64,000 nt of DNA. Source: Fibrobacteria bacterium (GTDB lineage Bacteria > Fibrobacterota > Fibrobacteria > UBA11236). Shown here one piece after another: positions 1-11,009 of this stretch. The DNA lies in NCBI GenBank assembly GCA_043745805.1, contig JAYTSD010000004.1, positions 94,543 through 158,542 on the forward strand. Direction: 5' to 3'. Within the stretch, counting starts at the first letter, position 1, and every line of letters starts with the position of its first letter. Under the pieces are notes generated by a model. The model searched no databases and was not told where the DNA came from. It worked only from the letters and a program-made list of their open reading frames with translations. The position numbers and the translations under genes are program-made.

Positions 1-1061
1 AGGGTAACATTGTAGGGACGCCCCATTATATGTCACCAGAGCAAATCAATGGCCAAAGTTTAGATGCCCGCAGCGATTATTTTTCTTTAGGTGTTTTATT
101 GTATGAACTCTGTTCTGGAAAAAGACCTTTTGAATCCGAACATTTAGCTGCACTCATGTGGAAAATCGATGCCGGAAAATACGAACCCTTGCATAAACTT
201 CGACCTTCTATTTCACCCCTTACCGAAGAATTAATCGATCAATTACTTTCGCGTGATGTTGCGCATCGACCGGCTTCCGCCAAAGAAATTTGTGCAACCT
301 TACGCATTAGTTTGCAAACTTTGAATCAATGGGGTAATGGCGCAAAGGTGAAAGTACCTTTTTCCCTCAAACGTTACTATTCTTTAATTGCCTTGAGTCT
401 TTCCAGTATCGCGCTATTACTTTCGATATTTAATTTTTTTCGTGGCAGCTCCTTTTTACATCATGCGCCTAGCTATTCACAAAGTCATGATCATTATGCA
501 GCCCTCTTACAAAAAGGGGTGCAAGCCGAAATAAAAAAAGATATAACCGAAGCCCAATCCATTTATGAATTAATTCCTGCGCCCGAAGCCGGCGGTGATC
601 CCGATATTTATTTGGAAAGCCAATTACGCTTGGCCGTCATTTATTTTAAGCAAAAAGATCAATTAACTAAGGCCAGAAATTTATTGGAACAATTGCATCG
701 CAAATATGAAGATGCCGCCATTGAGGGTTACTTAGGTCAATTGTATTTCAATATGGCACTCTATTTAGAAGCCCAAGAAAAATTAGAAGTCTCCATTAAA
801 AACCAGCACCCCACGGTGTTAAAGAATTCCTCCTACTTTAATCCTAATGAATTTGAAAAAGAAAACCGGTATTTTTATGCCAATGCTCTAGATGGTCAAT
901 TCACCTATATCGAACAAAAGCCCGAAATTTTATCCCTTGCTATAAATGCTTGGCAAAGTTTTATTGAGTTTTCATCCTGCACCACCGATACCGAAGAAAA
1001 ACGCTGTCGTTTTGCGGAAAAAAGATTAGGTGAATTGAAAGCCTTAGTAAAACACAATTAA
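1..1061 (+). CDS. Hanks-type Ser/Thr protein kinase, 5'-partial (C-terminal catalytic subdomains + TM segment + TPR-like tail)
   Basis: Frame is open from base 3 (GNIVGTPHYMSPEQ = kinase subdomain VIII; DYFSLGVLLYEL = subdomain IX). Hydrophobic segment followed by a helical repeat region. The gene begins upstream of the window. Confidence 0.6.
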   Translation, partial: GNIVGTPHYMSPEQINGQSLDARSDYFSLGVLLYELCSGKRPFESEHLAALMWKIDAGKYEPLHKLRPSISPLTEELIDQLLSRDVAHRPASAKEICATLRISLQTLNQWGNGAKVKVPFSLKRYYSLIALSLSSIALLLSIFNFFRGSSFLHHAPSYSQSHDHYAALLQKGVQAEIKKDITEAQSIYELIPAPEAGGDPDIYLESQLRLAVIYFKQKDQLTKARNLLEQLHRKYEDAAIEGYLGQLYFNMALYLEAQEKLEVSIKNQHPTVLKNSSYFNPNEFEKENRYFYANALDGQFTYIEQKPEILSLAINAWQSFIEFSSCTTDTEEKRCRFAEKRLGELKALVKHN

Positions 1062-1118
1062 TCGCTTTTAATCCTTAACTTTTTCCCCAATCTTTGCTAA
1101 AAATGTTACAATAAGGCC

Positions 1119-3551
1119 ATGCCAAAAAAACTTCGTCAAGCGCTTCGCCGCTGTAGCATTTCCCTAATTCTCACCTTGGTTTTTTTCATCGTTTTAAGTC
1201 AACGATTTGGGTTCGTCCCGCCCATGGGAAAATTCCTCGATCCTTTTCAAGGCTTTTGGCAAAATGCGGAAGCCTTTCAACACTCTACAAAAAGCATATC
1301 CCTTAATGGATTACAAAAACCTGTCGATATTGTTTTTGATTCCTTAGGTATTCCCCATATTTTTGCTCAGGCAAATGAGGATTTGTTTTTTGCGCAAGGT
1401 TATGTTACGGCTCGCGATAGACTTTGGCAAATGGAATTTCAAACTCAGGCTACTGCTGGTCGACTTTCGGAAATCATTGGCCCCGCAGCCATTGAATATG
1501 ATAGGCATCAAAGACGTTTAGGCATTCCCCATGCGGCTCAGCTCTCATTGGAATTGATGGAAAAAAATCCCGAAACCAAAATGGCCTTGGAAAACTATGC
1601 GGCGGGCGTTAATGCTTATATACAAAGCCTGAACACTGCAAGTTACCCCCTTGAATACAAATTACTGGACTATGCCCCTGAAGAATGGACGCCTTTGCAA
1701 ACGGCCTTGCTATTAAAATATATGCAATGGACTTTAAGTGGGGCCAATGATGAAATGGCCTTGAGCAATACCTTAAATAAATTTGGACCCGTATTTATTG
1801 AAAAATTTTATCCCTTACATCCGCAAGGCGTAGATCCTATTATCCCCCCCGAAACACCTTGGAATTTTACCCCCATAGCCAAACCCAATGTGGTGAACAC
1901 TTTTACACCTGCCTTAGTGGGCCAATGGACGGGTCCCGATAAGCATAATGGAAGTAATAACTTTGCTGTGAATGGAAAAAAAGTAATTGGAGGAGGAACC
2001 ATTTTAGCGAATGATCCTCATCTTGATTTATCCTTGCCTTCTATTTGGTATGCCATTCATTTACATGCCCCCAACTATAATGCCAGCGGCGCTTCATTAC
2101 CAGGCACGCCCTCCATAGTCATCGGCTTTAATAATGCCATTGCTTGGGGATTAACTAATGGCAAAGATGATGTGCTCGATTGGTATCAATTAAAATTTAA
2201 AGATTCTACACTGGCAGAATATTGGCATGAGAATCAATGGAAAAGAACTACGCCTACTTTAGAAGAATTTAAAGTTTATGGAGGGGAAGACATTTATGAC
2301 ACCGTAATTTATACGCATCATGGTCCAGTGGTTATAAAACCAGGCGAAAAAGCCTTTGATAATAAAATGCCTCCCGCACAAGCTATGCATTGGATAGCGA
2401 ATACGCCTTCTAATGAATTACTGGCTTTTATCCATATCAATCAAGCTCAAGATGAAAGTAGTTTTGTGGCGGCCTTAGCGCCGTATAATTGCCCCGCGCA
2501 AAATTTTGCTTATGCGGATAAACAAGGCCATATTGCCTTAATCCATGCTGGCTTATTTCCTTTACGCTGGACCGGACAAGGACGCCTGATTTCCGATGGC
2601 ACCGATGCCCGCTTCGACTGGAAGACTTGGGTTCCCGCAACCCACAATCCGCAGGTTACGGATCCGGCTCGTGAATTTATTAGTTCTGCCAATCAAGACA
2701 TTACCGATAGCACTTATCCTTATTTTTTAGCTGCGGATTTTTTAGACCCCGATCGCGGCAATCGCATTAATCAAAGCCTGAGTGAAAGCGAAAGTTTAAG
2801 TGTGGCGGATATACAGAATATACAATTGGATAATCTCAGCCTGCATGCACAACTCATTTTACCCTTCATGTTACAGGCTTTAGATACCTTGGCTATGGAT
2901 GAAATTTACCGTCCGGCCATTGCGGACTTAAGGCATTGGGAATACCATTATGTTAATCAACAGGCGGCCCCAAGCCTTTTTGATTTATGGTGGAGTAACT
3001 TGTATGTGTCCATTTGGAATGATGATTTTGGCAATGACTCGACTCGATATATATGGCCCACAAAAGCCAGAACGCGCCAACTCCTGCTCGAAGAGCCGAA
3101 TTCACTTTGGTATGATGATCTTTCCACTCCGGAAAAAGAAAACTTGGGCTTGCTCCTGCGCCGCAGTTTTCTAAAAGCCTATGCCACCTTAAAAAGCCAA
3201 AATGGAAACTATGGAAGTAATTGGCATTGGGGTAAAATTCATCGCGTCAATATTAATCATTTAGCCCATATCCCTGCTTTTGCTATTACTAATCTTACTC
3301 CAGGAAGTTGTTCGGATTGCATTAATGCGCAGCGCGGTACCAATGCCCCTTCTTGGCGAATGGTCGTGCAACTCGGTAAAAACTTTCAAGCTTATGGCAT
3401 TTATCCCGGTGGGCAAAGTGGAAATCCTGGCTCTCCTTTTTATGCGAATTTCATTGCGGATTGGAGCAATGGGAAATTACGGCCACTAAACTTCCCTAAT
3501 AAAACCGAAGATTTAAAATCTCTGTATACTTTGCATTTGGGAGCACATTAA
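1119..3551 (+). CDS. Penicillin amidase/acylase family protein (S45 Ntn-hydrolase; possibly an acyl-homoserine-lactone or beta-lactam acylase)
   Basis: 810 aa with an N-terminal signal/TM segment. GSNNFAV nucleophile-like motif and the overall length are typical of two-chain penicillin acylases. Confidence 0.7.
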   Translation: MPKKLRQALRRCSISLILTLVFFIVLSQRFGFVPPMGKFLDPFQGFWQNAEAFQHSTKSISLNGLQKPVDIVFDSLGIPHIFAQANEDLFFAQGYVTARDRLWQMEFQTQATAGRLSEIIGPAAIEYDRHQRRLGIPHAAQLSLELMEKNPETKMALENYAAGVNAYIQSLNTASYPLEYKLLDYAPEEWTPLQTALLLKYMQWTLSGANDEMALSNTLNKFGPVFIEKFYPLHPQGVDPIIPPETPWNFTPIAKPNVVNTFTPALVGQWTGPDKHNGSNNFAVNGKKVIGGGTILANDPHLDLSLPSIWYAIHLHAPNYNASGASLPGTPSIVIGFNNAIAWGLTNGKDDVLDWYQLKFKDSTLAEYWHENQWKRTTPTLEEFKVYGGEDIYDTVIYTHHGPVVIKPGEKAFDNKMPPAQAMHWIANTPSNELLAFIHINQAQDESSFVAALAPYNCPAQNFAYADKQGHIALIHAGLFPLRWTGQGRLISDGTDARFDWKTWVPATHNPQVTDPAREFISSANQDITDSTYPYFLAADFLDPDRGNRINQSLSESESLSVADIQNIQLDNLSLHAQLILPFMLQALDTLAMDEIYRPAIADLRHWEYHYVNQQAAPSLFDLWWSNLYVSIWNDDFGNDSTRYIWPTKARTRQLLLEEPNSLWYDDLSTPEKENLGLLLRRSFLKAYATLKSQNGNYGSNWHWGKIHRVNINHLAHIPAFAITNLTPGSCSDCINAQRGTNAPSWRMVVQLGKNFQAYGIYPGGQSGNPGSPFYANFIADWSNGKLRPLNFPNKTEDLKSLYTLHLGAH

Positions 3552-4015
3552 TGAATTTATTAATATTAATTATACTGAGTGCTCTTTTTCAATGGATCGG
3601 AAGCTGGTGGGCTATGGCTATACCTGCTTTTGGAATAGGATTTTATCGCTACAAAAGTGGTAAAAATGCTTTTAGCATGGGGTTTGTCGCCTTGGCCTGT
3701 TTATGGTTTGCCTATGCAGGTTACCTTGATATTCGCAATCAGCATTTATTATCTACAAAAATTGCTGCACTGTTACATTTACCCAATTCTATTTGGTTAA
3801 TTGGTGTTACCATTATTATCGGTGGATGCGGAGGCGGACTAGCCACTTGGCTCGGTTGCGAATTTCGAAAACTTTGGGATGAATTGTCTTTGTTACTTCA
3901 AGATAAAGCCACCATACGTCCCGAAACCTCAGGCCGTGCAGAAAAATCCGAGACCATGGACGAAAAAAATATTGAACCAAGCATTGAGCCCAATAATAAT
4001 GAAGATGCGCTTTAA
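3551..4015 (+). CDS. Small membrane protein, hypothetical
   Basis: TAATG overlap with the acylase stop. Several hydrophobic helices and an acidic C-terminal tail. Confidence 0.4.
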   Translation: MNLLILIILSALFQWIGSWWAMAIPAFGIGFYRYKSGKNAFSMGFVALACLWFAYAGYLDIRNQHLLSTKIAALLHLPNSIWLIGVTIIIGGCGGGLATWLGCEFRKLWDELSLLLQDKATIRPETSGRAEKSETMDEKNIEPSIEPNNNEDAL

Positions 4016-4025
4016 TTAAAAAAAA

Positions 4026-4628
4026 TTATTCCTGATTTTTAAACATAATTTTTTCAATACGTTTATCAGGAATTAACCACATAATGGCGACTAGAACATA
4101 TAAACTACAGGCTATCCAAACATTATAAAAGGATAAGGGAAAAGCTACCGCATAAACCACAACGGAAGTCTTTCCTTTGAAATCACCGCCTATGGCTTGC
4201 CCCAAAAGGGATTCTTTACCATGATGAGATACTAAAACTTGGGCAAGAATATAATAAGCCAAGCCAGCCAATAATAAATTGATTCCATAAAGCGCTACCG
4301 GCCAATTGGCAAAGTGATTTTCACCCATCCAACTGGTGGTAAAAGGGATTAAAGACAACCAAAAAAGCAAATGCGAGTTAGCCCATAAAGTTCGTCCATT
4401 AATATGCTTGGTAACTTGCAATAAATGATGATGATTATGCCAATAAATTCCGATATAAATAAAACTCAAGGCATAGCAAAGAAAAGTAGGTAATAAGGGT
4501 TTTAAATCTTCTAAAGCACTCCCATGGGGTACTTTTAATTCCAAGACCATGATAGTGATAATAATGGCTAAAACACCGTCACTGAAGGCTTCTAATCGAC
4601 CCTTGCCCATAAAGTTTTTTTCATTCAT
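4026..4628 (-). CDS. TMEM175/DUF1211-family membrane protein (K+ channel-like)
   Basis: N-terminal RLEAFSDGVLAIIITIMVLE motif diagnostic of DUF1211. Six predicted TM segments. Confidence 0.6.
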   Translation of the reverse strand: MNEKNFMGKGRLEAFSDGVLAIIITIMVLELKVPHGSALEDLKPLLPTFLCYALSFIYIGIYWHNHHHLLQVTKHINGRTLWANSHLLFWLSLIPFTTSWMGENHFANWPVALYGINLLLAGLAYYILAQVLVSHHGKESLLGQAIGGDFKGKTSVVVYAVAFPLSFYNVWIACSLYVLVAIMWLIPDKRIEKIMFKNQE

Positions 4629-4663
4629 GTTAAAAAAGTAATAACTCGAAGCAACTTGTTCTA

Positions 4664-5968
4664 TTAATGTATTTCATTTGATATTTCCTTCTTCGTGGAT
4701 TGCCGGATAAATATCAAAATCATTGGCAAGGTCGAAACACCTAAGGCTATCCAAGCCATTCCTGAATAGTGGATTGCCGAAAACATAAACCCGCCTGAAC
4801 CACTGGCTATGGCTGAGCCCAAGTTAACCATACTTTCATTCATGCCTAATATTTTTCCACGATTAGCGCCTTGTAATAAACTATTCAGTTCGGTAGAGGC
4901 CGAGAGGAAACAACAATTCCAACCTAGGCCCAGTAAAAACAAAGCAATGCCTAAGGACACTGACGTTTCGGCATAAGGCGCTAATAAACAAGCACTGATG
5001 AGTAATAAACTGCCTAAAGCAATAACAATGCGTTTCCCCACTTTATCGATTAACCAACCAATAGCAAAGGCCAAACCAAACATACCCGCAAAATGCGCGG
5101 AGATAACGCCTGATATAGCTGGAATGCTATGATGTTCACATTGCATATGCAAAGGAGTAATCGCCATAATCAACACCATGGCCCATTGCGCGCAAAATAA
5201 AGTGGCCATACTAAAATAAACTTTGCGATCTAATTTTCCCTGACTCAATATCGAAGTCGCTTTTGCTTCCGACTTGGGTGATGCGCCCTGTTTTCGCCAG
5301 TAACTTGCAAGTTTTCTTGGTTCCGGTCTTAATCCAAAAAATGCAAAAACAAAAACCATGAAAAACAAGCAAGCCGTACCCACCCAAGCCCCACCTGCTG
5401 CGGGACAATGCAATATCTTCGCAAAATCCATACTTACATGCGTTAAAGAAGGTCCCAATATGGAACCCACTACCGCTCCCCAAATCACAAAGCCAATTGC
5501 TCGCCCTTGTTTTTTAGGAGGATTAGATTCCGCCGCCGCATAGCGACTCATATCAATGAATCCACGTGCGATACCAAATACCGACATGCCTAATAAAAAT
5601 AAAAGCAAAGAAGAATTTACCGCACCCCAAATAGAGAGTAGTGAAGCGGTTACCCCAATGGCATAGGCAGATAGTAATACTGGTCTATAACCATAACGCT
5701 GCGATAAGCGTCCCGAAAAAAATGCCGTCAGCGAAGCAAAAATTAAACTTAAGGTTAAAGGGGCTCCCGTCCAATGCGGGTTACCTCCTCCCAACTTCAC
5801 CACCAAAAGAGAACTCGCCACAAAACTCATTGACAATGCCGAAGCAATAAATGCTTGTGCGATACAGAGCACTAAACTGATTTTTTTTCCGGCTTTTTCG
5901 ACCGCTTCAGAACTGGTTAAATCTTCCCAAGCCTTAACCTGAGAGTTAAAAAGTGAGGAAAACTTCAT
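4664..5968 (-). CDS. MFS transporter
   Basis: 12-TM hydrophobic profile. Start chosen at MKFSSLFN (ATG 5968), which makes an ATGA overlap with the upstream EamA stop. The ORF-track N-terminal extension is probably spurious. Confidence 0.7.
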   Translation of the reverse strand: MKFSSLFNSQVKAWEDLTSSEAVEKAGKKISLVLCIAQAFIASALSMSFVASSLLVVKLGGGNPHWTGAPLTLSLIFASLTAFFSGRLSQRYGYRPVLLSAYAIGVTASLLSIWGAVNSSLLLFLLGMSVFGIARGFIDMSRYAAAESNPPKKQGRAIGFVIWGAVVGSILGPSLTHVSMDFAKILHCPAAGGAWVGTACLFFMVFVFAFFGLRPEPRKLASYWRKQGASPKSEAKATSILSQGKLDRKVYFSMATLFCAQWAMVLIMAITPLHMQCEHHSIPAISGVISAHFAGMFGLAFAIGWLIDKVGKRIVIALGSLLLISACLLAPYAETSVSLGIALFLLGLGWNCCFLSASTELNSLLQGANRGKILGMNESMVNLGSAIASGSGGFMFSAIHYSGMAWIALGVSTLPMILIFIRQSTKKEISNEIH

Positions 5969-6870
5969 GTTGCCTTCTCCTGACGCATCGATAAACTGGC
6001 ACCCACGACGATAATCATTCCCACAAACTGAGCCCATCCCGGTATTTCATTCAATACCGCCCAACCCCAAAACAAAGTCATAATGGGACCGACACCACTT
6101 ACAATGGCAGTGCGACTAGCACCAATCTGCAACATACCCGCATTTAGCATGTAACTGGGAAGTACCGTACAAAAAATAGCGAGAATCAAGGCTAATAAAT
6201 AAACCACTAAGGGTTGCTGCAAATCCTGTAATGGATGCGTTATGGCGAAATGAATAAGTACTGCCAGAGTGGAAACATACATACTATAAGACGTAACTCT
6301 TTCGCTACCTAAGGTTTTCATGATCCGACTAATTCCGGTTAAATAAACAGCGTAGACCAAAGCCGCTAACCCAATAAGAATAGGACCTATCCAACCATTT
6401 TCGCGAATATGCGCATCGCCATAAAAAGAAAGAAATAATCCTCCATAAATACATGCGAAGGGTAAAAAAAGTTTTTTCTCAGCTTTTTGTTTATAAAATA
6501 CCAGTGAAAGTAAAACCACCATACTGGGATAAGTGTACAGTATTAATCGTTCCATGCCCGCAGATACATATTGCAAACCCGTTAAATCGAGAACGCTAGA
6601 TAAATAATAGCCGAGTAGCCCATATAAACTTAAGGATAGCGCCGTTTTAAGGTTTAACTTCTCTCGCATTTTAGAGCTTACCTTATGCGCTTGATACCAA
6701 GAAACCGCAATAAAAAAAGGCAAGGAAAATAATAGGCGATAAACCATTAAAGTAATAGGCGCCACATGATACACATAAGCCATTTTAATAAATATGGATT
6801 TGGAAGAAAACAATAAAGAAGCGACCAGCACATAAATTATGCCTTGGCGCATTTTTAAATAATTAAACAT
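5965..6870 (-). CDS. DMT-superfamily (EamA-like) transporter
   Basis: 10-TM profile with duplicated EamA-like halves. The ATG at 6870 is preceded by an AAAAGGAAAA RBS. The track start at 6894 is a TTG. Confidence 0.65.
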   Translation of the reverse strand: MFNYLKMRQGIIYVLVASLLFSSKSIFIKMAYVYHVAPITLMVYRLLFSLPFFIAVSWYQAHKVSSKMREKLNLKTALSLSLYGLLGYYLSSVLDLTGLQYVSAGMERLILYTYPSMVVLLSLVFYKQKAEKKLFLPFACIYGGLFLSFYGDAHIRENGWIGPILIGLAALVYAVYLTGISRIMKTLGSERVTSYSMYVSTLAVLIHFAITHPLQDLQQPLVVYLLALILAIFCTVLPSYMLNAGMLQIGASRTAIVSGVGPIMTLFWGWAVLNEIPGWAQFVGMIIVVGASLSMRQEKAT

Positions 6871-6892
6871 TTTTCCTTTTCTGGAATACAAC

Positions 6893-6930
6893 AAAAAGGC
6901 CCGCTCTTGTGAAAGCGGGCCTTTTTGTTT
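6893..6930. terminator. Bidirectional rho-independent terminator hairpin (AGGCCCGCT..AGCGGGCCT + T-run)
   Basis: Perfect 9-bp GC-rich stem with an A-run on one side and a T-run on the other. Downstream of the aldolase gene. Confidence 0.5.
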
Positions 6931-7145
6931 GCATTACCTTTTTTTAGTTACGCAAATTAAGTACCCGCTCCTTGACCCATAATAATATGCGCCGCAAGCC
7001 ATAGCACAGTTTTAACTGAAGCTTGGGAAGCAGGTTTGGTCATAGGTTTACAGGCGAATTTCAATTGCATGTTAACAATTATAAACAATAAAAAACAAAT
7101 GTCAAGGAACTATTTTCTCACAGCCTCATTTTTTTGTTAAGCATC

Positions 7146-7865
7146 TTATTGCTTATGCTTATCATGAATTCTGCGAATATGATCAATGTGGAGATATTTG
7201 GGTCCACCTAAACTTGCAGCCCCCATCCAAATACGCGCCGCCTTTTCCATCATTAAAGTGGTCGCGAGTACCGCCTCAGCCGAATGACCCAAAGCAATGA
7301 GTCCATGATTTTCTAAGAGTATCGCACGTGGTACCCCATATTTTTGCATATGGCCTTCGCAATAACGACGAATAGATTGCGCCAAGGGCAAGCCTGGATC
7401 TTTATAAGGAATAAATAAAGAAACCGCCCCGCAATAAATAATTTCTTCGGGAAAGCAGCGATTATCCGCAAACTCTTTGGCGCGTGCAGAACAAAGAATT
7501 TGATTCACCGTCACCGGATGTGTATGTGCCACAAAGGTTACCCCTGGCAACATGAGTAAATAAGCATGCAACAAAGTCTCTGCCGAAGGTTGTTTAGCCG
7601 CAGAATCCACTCGCGCTTCCGCTAAACAAATTTCCACCTGCGCTTCATCGAGGGAGGTTCTATTTAACAATGGCAAAGTTTTATCAAAAAGACATTCCAC
7701 TAAATCGTCCTGTTGCAATTGCGCAAGATAAGGTCTCCCAGCATTTACCCAAAAACTTGTGGTATTGATTTTAGCCGAAGCATTGCCTTCATTAGCGACT
7801 ACTAAGCCTCGAGCCTCATTTCCTAATTCATGACACAATTGCAATAAATTCATTTTTTCGTCCAT
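7146..7865 (-). CDS. Class II aldolase/adducin-family protein (fuculose-phosphate aldolase / ribulose-5-phosphate epimerase-like)
   Basis: HTHPVTVNQIL and LLENHGLIALG motifs of the class II aldolase fold. Confidence 0.7.
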   Translation of the reverse strand: MDEKMNLLQLCHELGNEARGLVVANEGNASAKINTTSFWVNAGRPYLAQLQQDDLVECLFDKTLPLLNRTSLDEAQVEICLAEARVDSAAKQPSAETLLHAYLLMLPGVTFVAHTHPVTVNQILCSARAKEFADNRCFPEEIIYCGAVSLFIPYKDPGLPLAQSIRRYCEGHMQKYGVPRAILLENHGLIALGHSAEAVLATTLMMEKAARIWMGAASLGGPKYLHIDHIRRIHDKHKQ

Positions 7866-8080
7866 ACTGTCCTTTTATGCCATACGGCATCATATGGGTT
7901 ATTTTACTCTGCTCATTCGCTGCTGCGAACTTTATTTAATTTATCATTTATCCCAAAAACCTTCAGCGTATAAAATCAAATGGCAGTAATTAAAACACAG
8001 GTCTCGGCTCAATTTTTTTATGTTTACCCTAAAGACCTTTTACTTTAAACTCGCAAAAATTAACGAAGTACGATTAGCTT

Positions 8081-9355
8081 ATGAAATCATTTTTTTCTCT
8101 CTTTGTATGCCTTGCAAACTGTGTGACAAACACTATAGCTTCAGTCTTTCCTATTTTTACCTATGAAAAAATCGAGGCTCCCAGCGAAAATTATCGAGAG
8201 TCCATGCAAATTTTTGATATGGATAAAGATGGTGATTTAGACTTTACTTCCGGTGGCGGAATAGCAGGCAAAGAATTTTGGTTCGAAAATAAACAAGGCA
8301 CTTGGATTCGACATGTTTTACATAATAGCATCAATGATGCCGATGTCGGTGCCATAGTCGCTGATTTTAATGGCGATGGTTGGATGGACTTAGCAAGCGG
8401 TTCAAATGTTTATCTGCATCCAAGTATTCATCACGATCAAGAATTTATTGCCGTCAAAACCGGTGCCATGGATTTTACCCATGATATGTTTGCTGCGGAC
8501 ATTGACAAGGATGGAAAAACCGATATTGTTACCCTTGATTATAGCGGATTATATTGGTTTAAAAACGTTCTTCCCGACACCTCACAACTATGGACGAAAA
8601 CTCAAGTTGAAGGACGGCGTTTCGATCAACCTCATGGAGGCTTAGCCTTGGGTGATATAGATAATGATGGCGATATTGATATTGCGCGTGTCGACCGATG
8701 GTTTGAAAATGTAGATGGCAAAGGAGCGCAATGGAAAGAGCGCGACAGTTTAGACTTCGGACAAATAAGTAGTTGGGGGAAATCAGGAAAAACTCGTTTA
8801 GTTGATCTGGATAAGGATGGAGATCTTGACTTAATGCAATCGGATTGCGATGTACCCAATGCCCAAGTAGCTTGGTTTGAAAATTTAGATCATGGAAATA
8901 GCTGGAGTAAGCATTTAATCAAGGACAGCACCGACTTCCAAGACTTTCACACTTTGAACATTAACGATTTTAATGGGGATGGAAATCTCGATATACTCGC
9001 CTGCGGTGGACCCATAACCGACAGTGTTCCCAAATGTTATATCTGGGAAAATTTAGGACAAGCTAAAAGCTGGCAAGAACATATTATTTATACCGGCAAA
9101 ACCAATTGCCATGAAGGAATTGCCGGCGACTTCGATGGAGATGGCGATTTGGATCTGCTTTGTAAAGGCTGGCTTAATTTCCATTATATTTTAAATAATC
9201 AACTCATCCCTTCGAGTATTGCCACAAAATCCACACGCGCAAAATTAGCGCCGTCCTTAATGAAAATTATGCGAAATGGAAAAGTTATTTTTTCTTGGGA
9301 ACAACAATTCAGAGATTTGCAAGGCAAAACAATTCCCCAAAAAATCGATAAGTGA
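8081..9355 (+). CDS. Secreted FG-GAP/VCBS-repeat beta-propeller protein
   Basis: Signal peptide. Multiple DxDGDGxxD / FNGDGxxDL calcium-binding-like FG-GAP repeats. Confidence 0.6.
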   Translation: MKSFFSLFVCLANCVTNTIASVFPIFTYEKIEAPSENYRESMQIFDMDKDGDLDFTSGGGIAGKEFWFENKQGTWIRHVLHNSINDADVGAIVADFNGDGWMDLASGSNVYLHPSIHHDQEFIAVKTGAMDFTHDMFAADIDKDGKTDIVTLDYSGLYWFKNVLPDTSQLWTKTQVEGRRFDQPHGGLALGDIDNDGDIDIARVDRWFENVDGKGAQWKERDSLDFGQISSWGKSGKTRLVDLDKDGDLDLMQSDCDVPNAQVAWFENLDHGNSWSKHLIKDSTDFQDFHTLNINDFNGDGNLDILACGGPITDSVPKCYIWENLGQAKSWQEHIIYTGKTNCHEGIAGDFDGDGDLDLLCKGWLNFHYILNNQLIPSSIATKSTRAKLAPSLMKIMRNGKVIFSWEQQFRDLQGKTIPQKIDK

Positions 9356-9411
9356 ATACCCAAACTCAAATCTATTTTTAATAGTAACATCCACATCCAC
9401 TTAATCGTCTT

Positions 9412-10079
9412 ATGAATACTATGAAGCATGCGCTTTTCTATTTAATACCCTTTCTCGCTTTATTTCACTTAAGTTGCATAGAATATTCTTTGACGCGAGT
9501 TGATTATCTACACACTCAATACGCTTCCCCTCAAGGATTGAAAACCGCGAATAATATTGATAAAGGCTTACATGCAAGCTTAACTTCCAGTATTAGCACT
9601 CAAGATACTATCACCACTACTACCAAACACACTACTGTTGGAGGAGATGATGATAAGCGAGTTGAACCAACCCAGGCTAACAACTATTCGACTCTCAATG
9701 AAAATAAATCGGCAGAATTATCTCTGATTTATGTCGACAAAAGTTATGCGCTGGGAACAAATCTGCAGTTTTCGCAAGTGGGAAAGGAATTATTTCAGAT
9801 ACCGCCATAATTGAAGGCAATGGCAAAATATTACCCAATTTCAGCTTATACTTTAACAGAACCGTTTTCGACAAAATCAATATGTGCTATGGAATTGGGA
9901 TTTATTATTTCCCAGACAGTTATAATTTGGGTGCGAACCTGTTCTATGTTCCCATAACCTTGAACATTGGTTTAAGAACGAGCTATGTCATCAATCCGAT
10001 GATAGGGATTAGTTATGCCTTAAATAGCATAGACGGTAAATCACATGTCTTTCATTTTACCGCTGGGTTTGAGTATTGA
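9412..10079 (+). pseudogene. Putative small outer-membrane beta-barrel protein split by a frameshift (signal-peptide N-terminal ORF plus a C-terminal ORF ending ...FHFTAGFEY)
   Basis: ORF 9412-9810 has a signal peptide. ORF 9882-10079 is in a different frame and ends with an aromatic terminal residue typical of OMP beta-barrels. Both frames are open across 9708-9810. Confidence 0.3.
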
Positions 10080-10581
10080 TTTTATAACCCTTCTTTGAAA
10101 ATGTAAACGCTATAGGTTTTGTAAAACTAATAAGGTTTGCGAGATATATTATAAGAGACTAATTACACACACCTAATCAAGGTGCAGAGTTGAGCGTTTT
10201 TTCAAAAAAGAAGACCAGAGTTTTAAGAACTCATCTAGGGATATTGGCTCCCCCTTTGTCGATAAATCCCAGGCATCAACAGCTCCCGATCCCGATGGCA
10301 CTCTGATAGAAACCCCACCATCCTCAGACATAGTGACTACAGCAGGCTTACCGCCAACAGAAAAGAATCTTTTACCCTTTGAAAGCGACCTAGGATCCAA
10401 CAGTTCCGGCATATGAAATAATTTAACTCCTGCGTTAGAAAAATGCTGAATTTGGGCTCGAATTGTTTAGGTACAGTGTTTCCTAGGATATGTGGAGAAT
10501 GTGCTAAAAGAAGGTGCCTTATGCCCCTCTCTCGCACAGAATAAAAATGCATCTAAACAAAAAACCAGTAATTGTTTTGTC

Positions 10582-11009
10582 GTTTCAACTCACGCACTCA
10601 TAAAGAGCGCGACATAAGTCCACTAAAGGCGGCTTCGATGTATTCCTGTTTCAATCCATGCGCTCGTGAAGAGCGCGACTTGGCTGTTACCTGTTTTTCC
10701 ACCGTGTTGGTCGGTTTCAATCCACGCGCTCGTGAAGAGCGCGACACGAACAATAGGCGTACCAACCAGACGCCTTTTGGTTTCAATCCACGCGCTCGTG
10801 AAGAGCGCGACGATGTCTTTAACTGTCTTCAGCGCCGCTTTATTGGTTTCAATCCACGCGCTCGTGAAGAGCGCGACTACCTTTCCATTTATATCAGCCG
10901 ACAATTCAAAAGTTTCAATCCACGCGCTCGTGAAGAGCGCGACTTTATGCTTTCTGGTTTAACATCCGAGAGATCGAGTTTCAATCCACGCGCTCGTGAA
11001 GAGCGCGAC
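10582..11009 (-). CRISPR. Type I-C CRISPR array: 7 repeats of 32 bp and 6 spacers of 34 nt. Transcribed repeat GTCGCGCTCTTCACGAGCGCGTGGATTGAAAC. The leader-distal repeat (10582-10613) is degenerate.
   Basis: Exact repeats at 10714, 10780, 10846, 10912 and 10978, plus a 1-mismatch copy at 10648 and a degenerate copy at 10582. The internal hairpin GCGCTC/GAGCGC and the GTGGATTGAAAC 3' end match the I-C repeat family. Spacers are uniformly 34 nt. Confidence 0.92.

Noticed and set aside
1119-3551. Assigning the acylase specifically as an AHL (quorum-quenching) acylase
   Set aside because: The family membership is clear, but substrate specificity cannot be read from the sequence alone.
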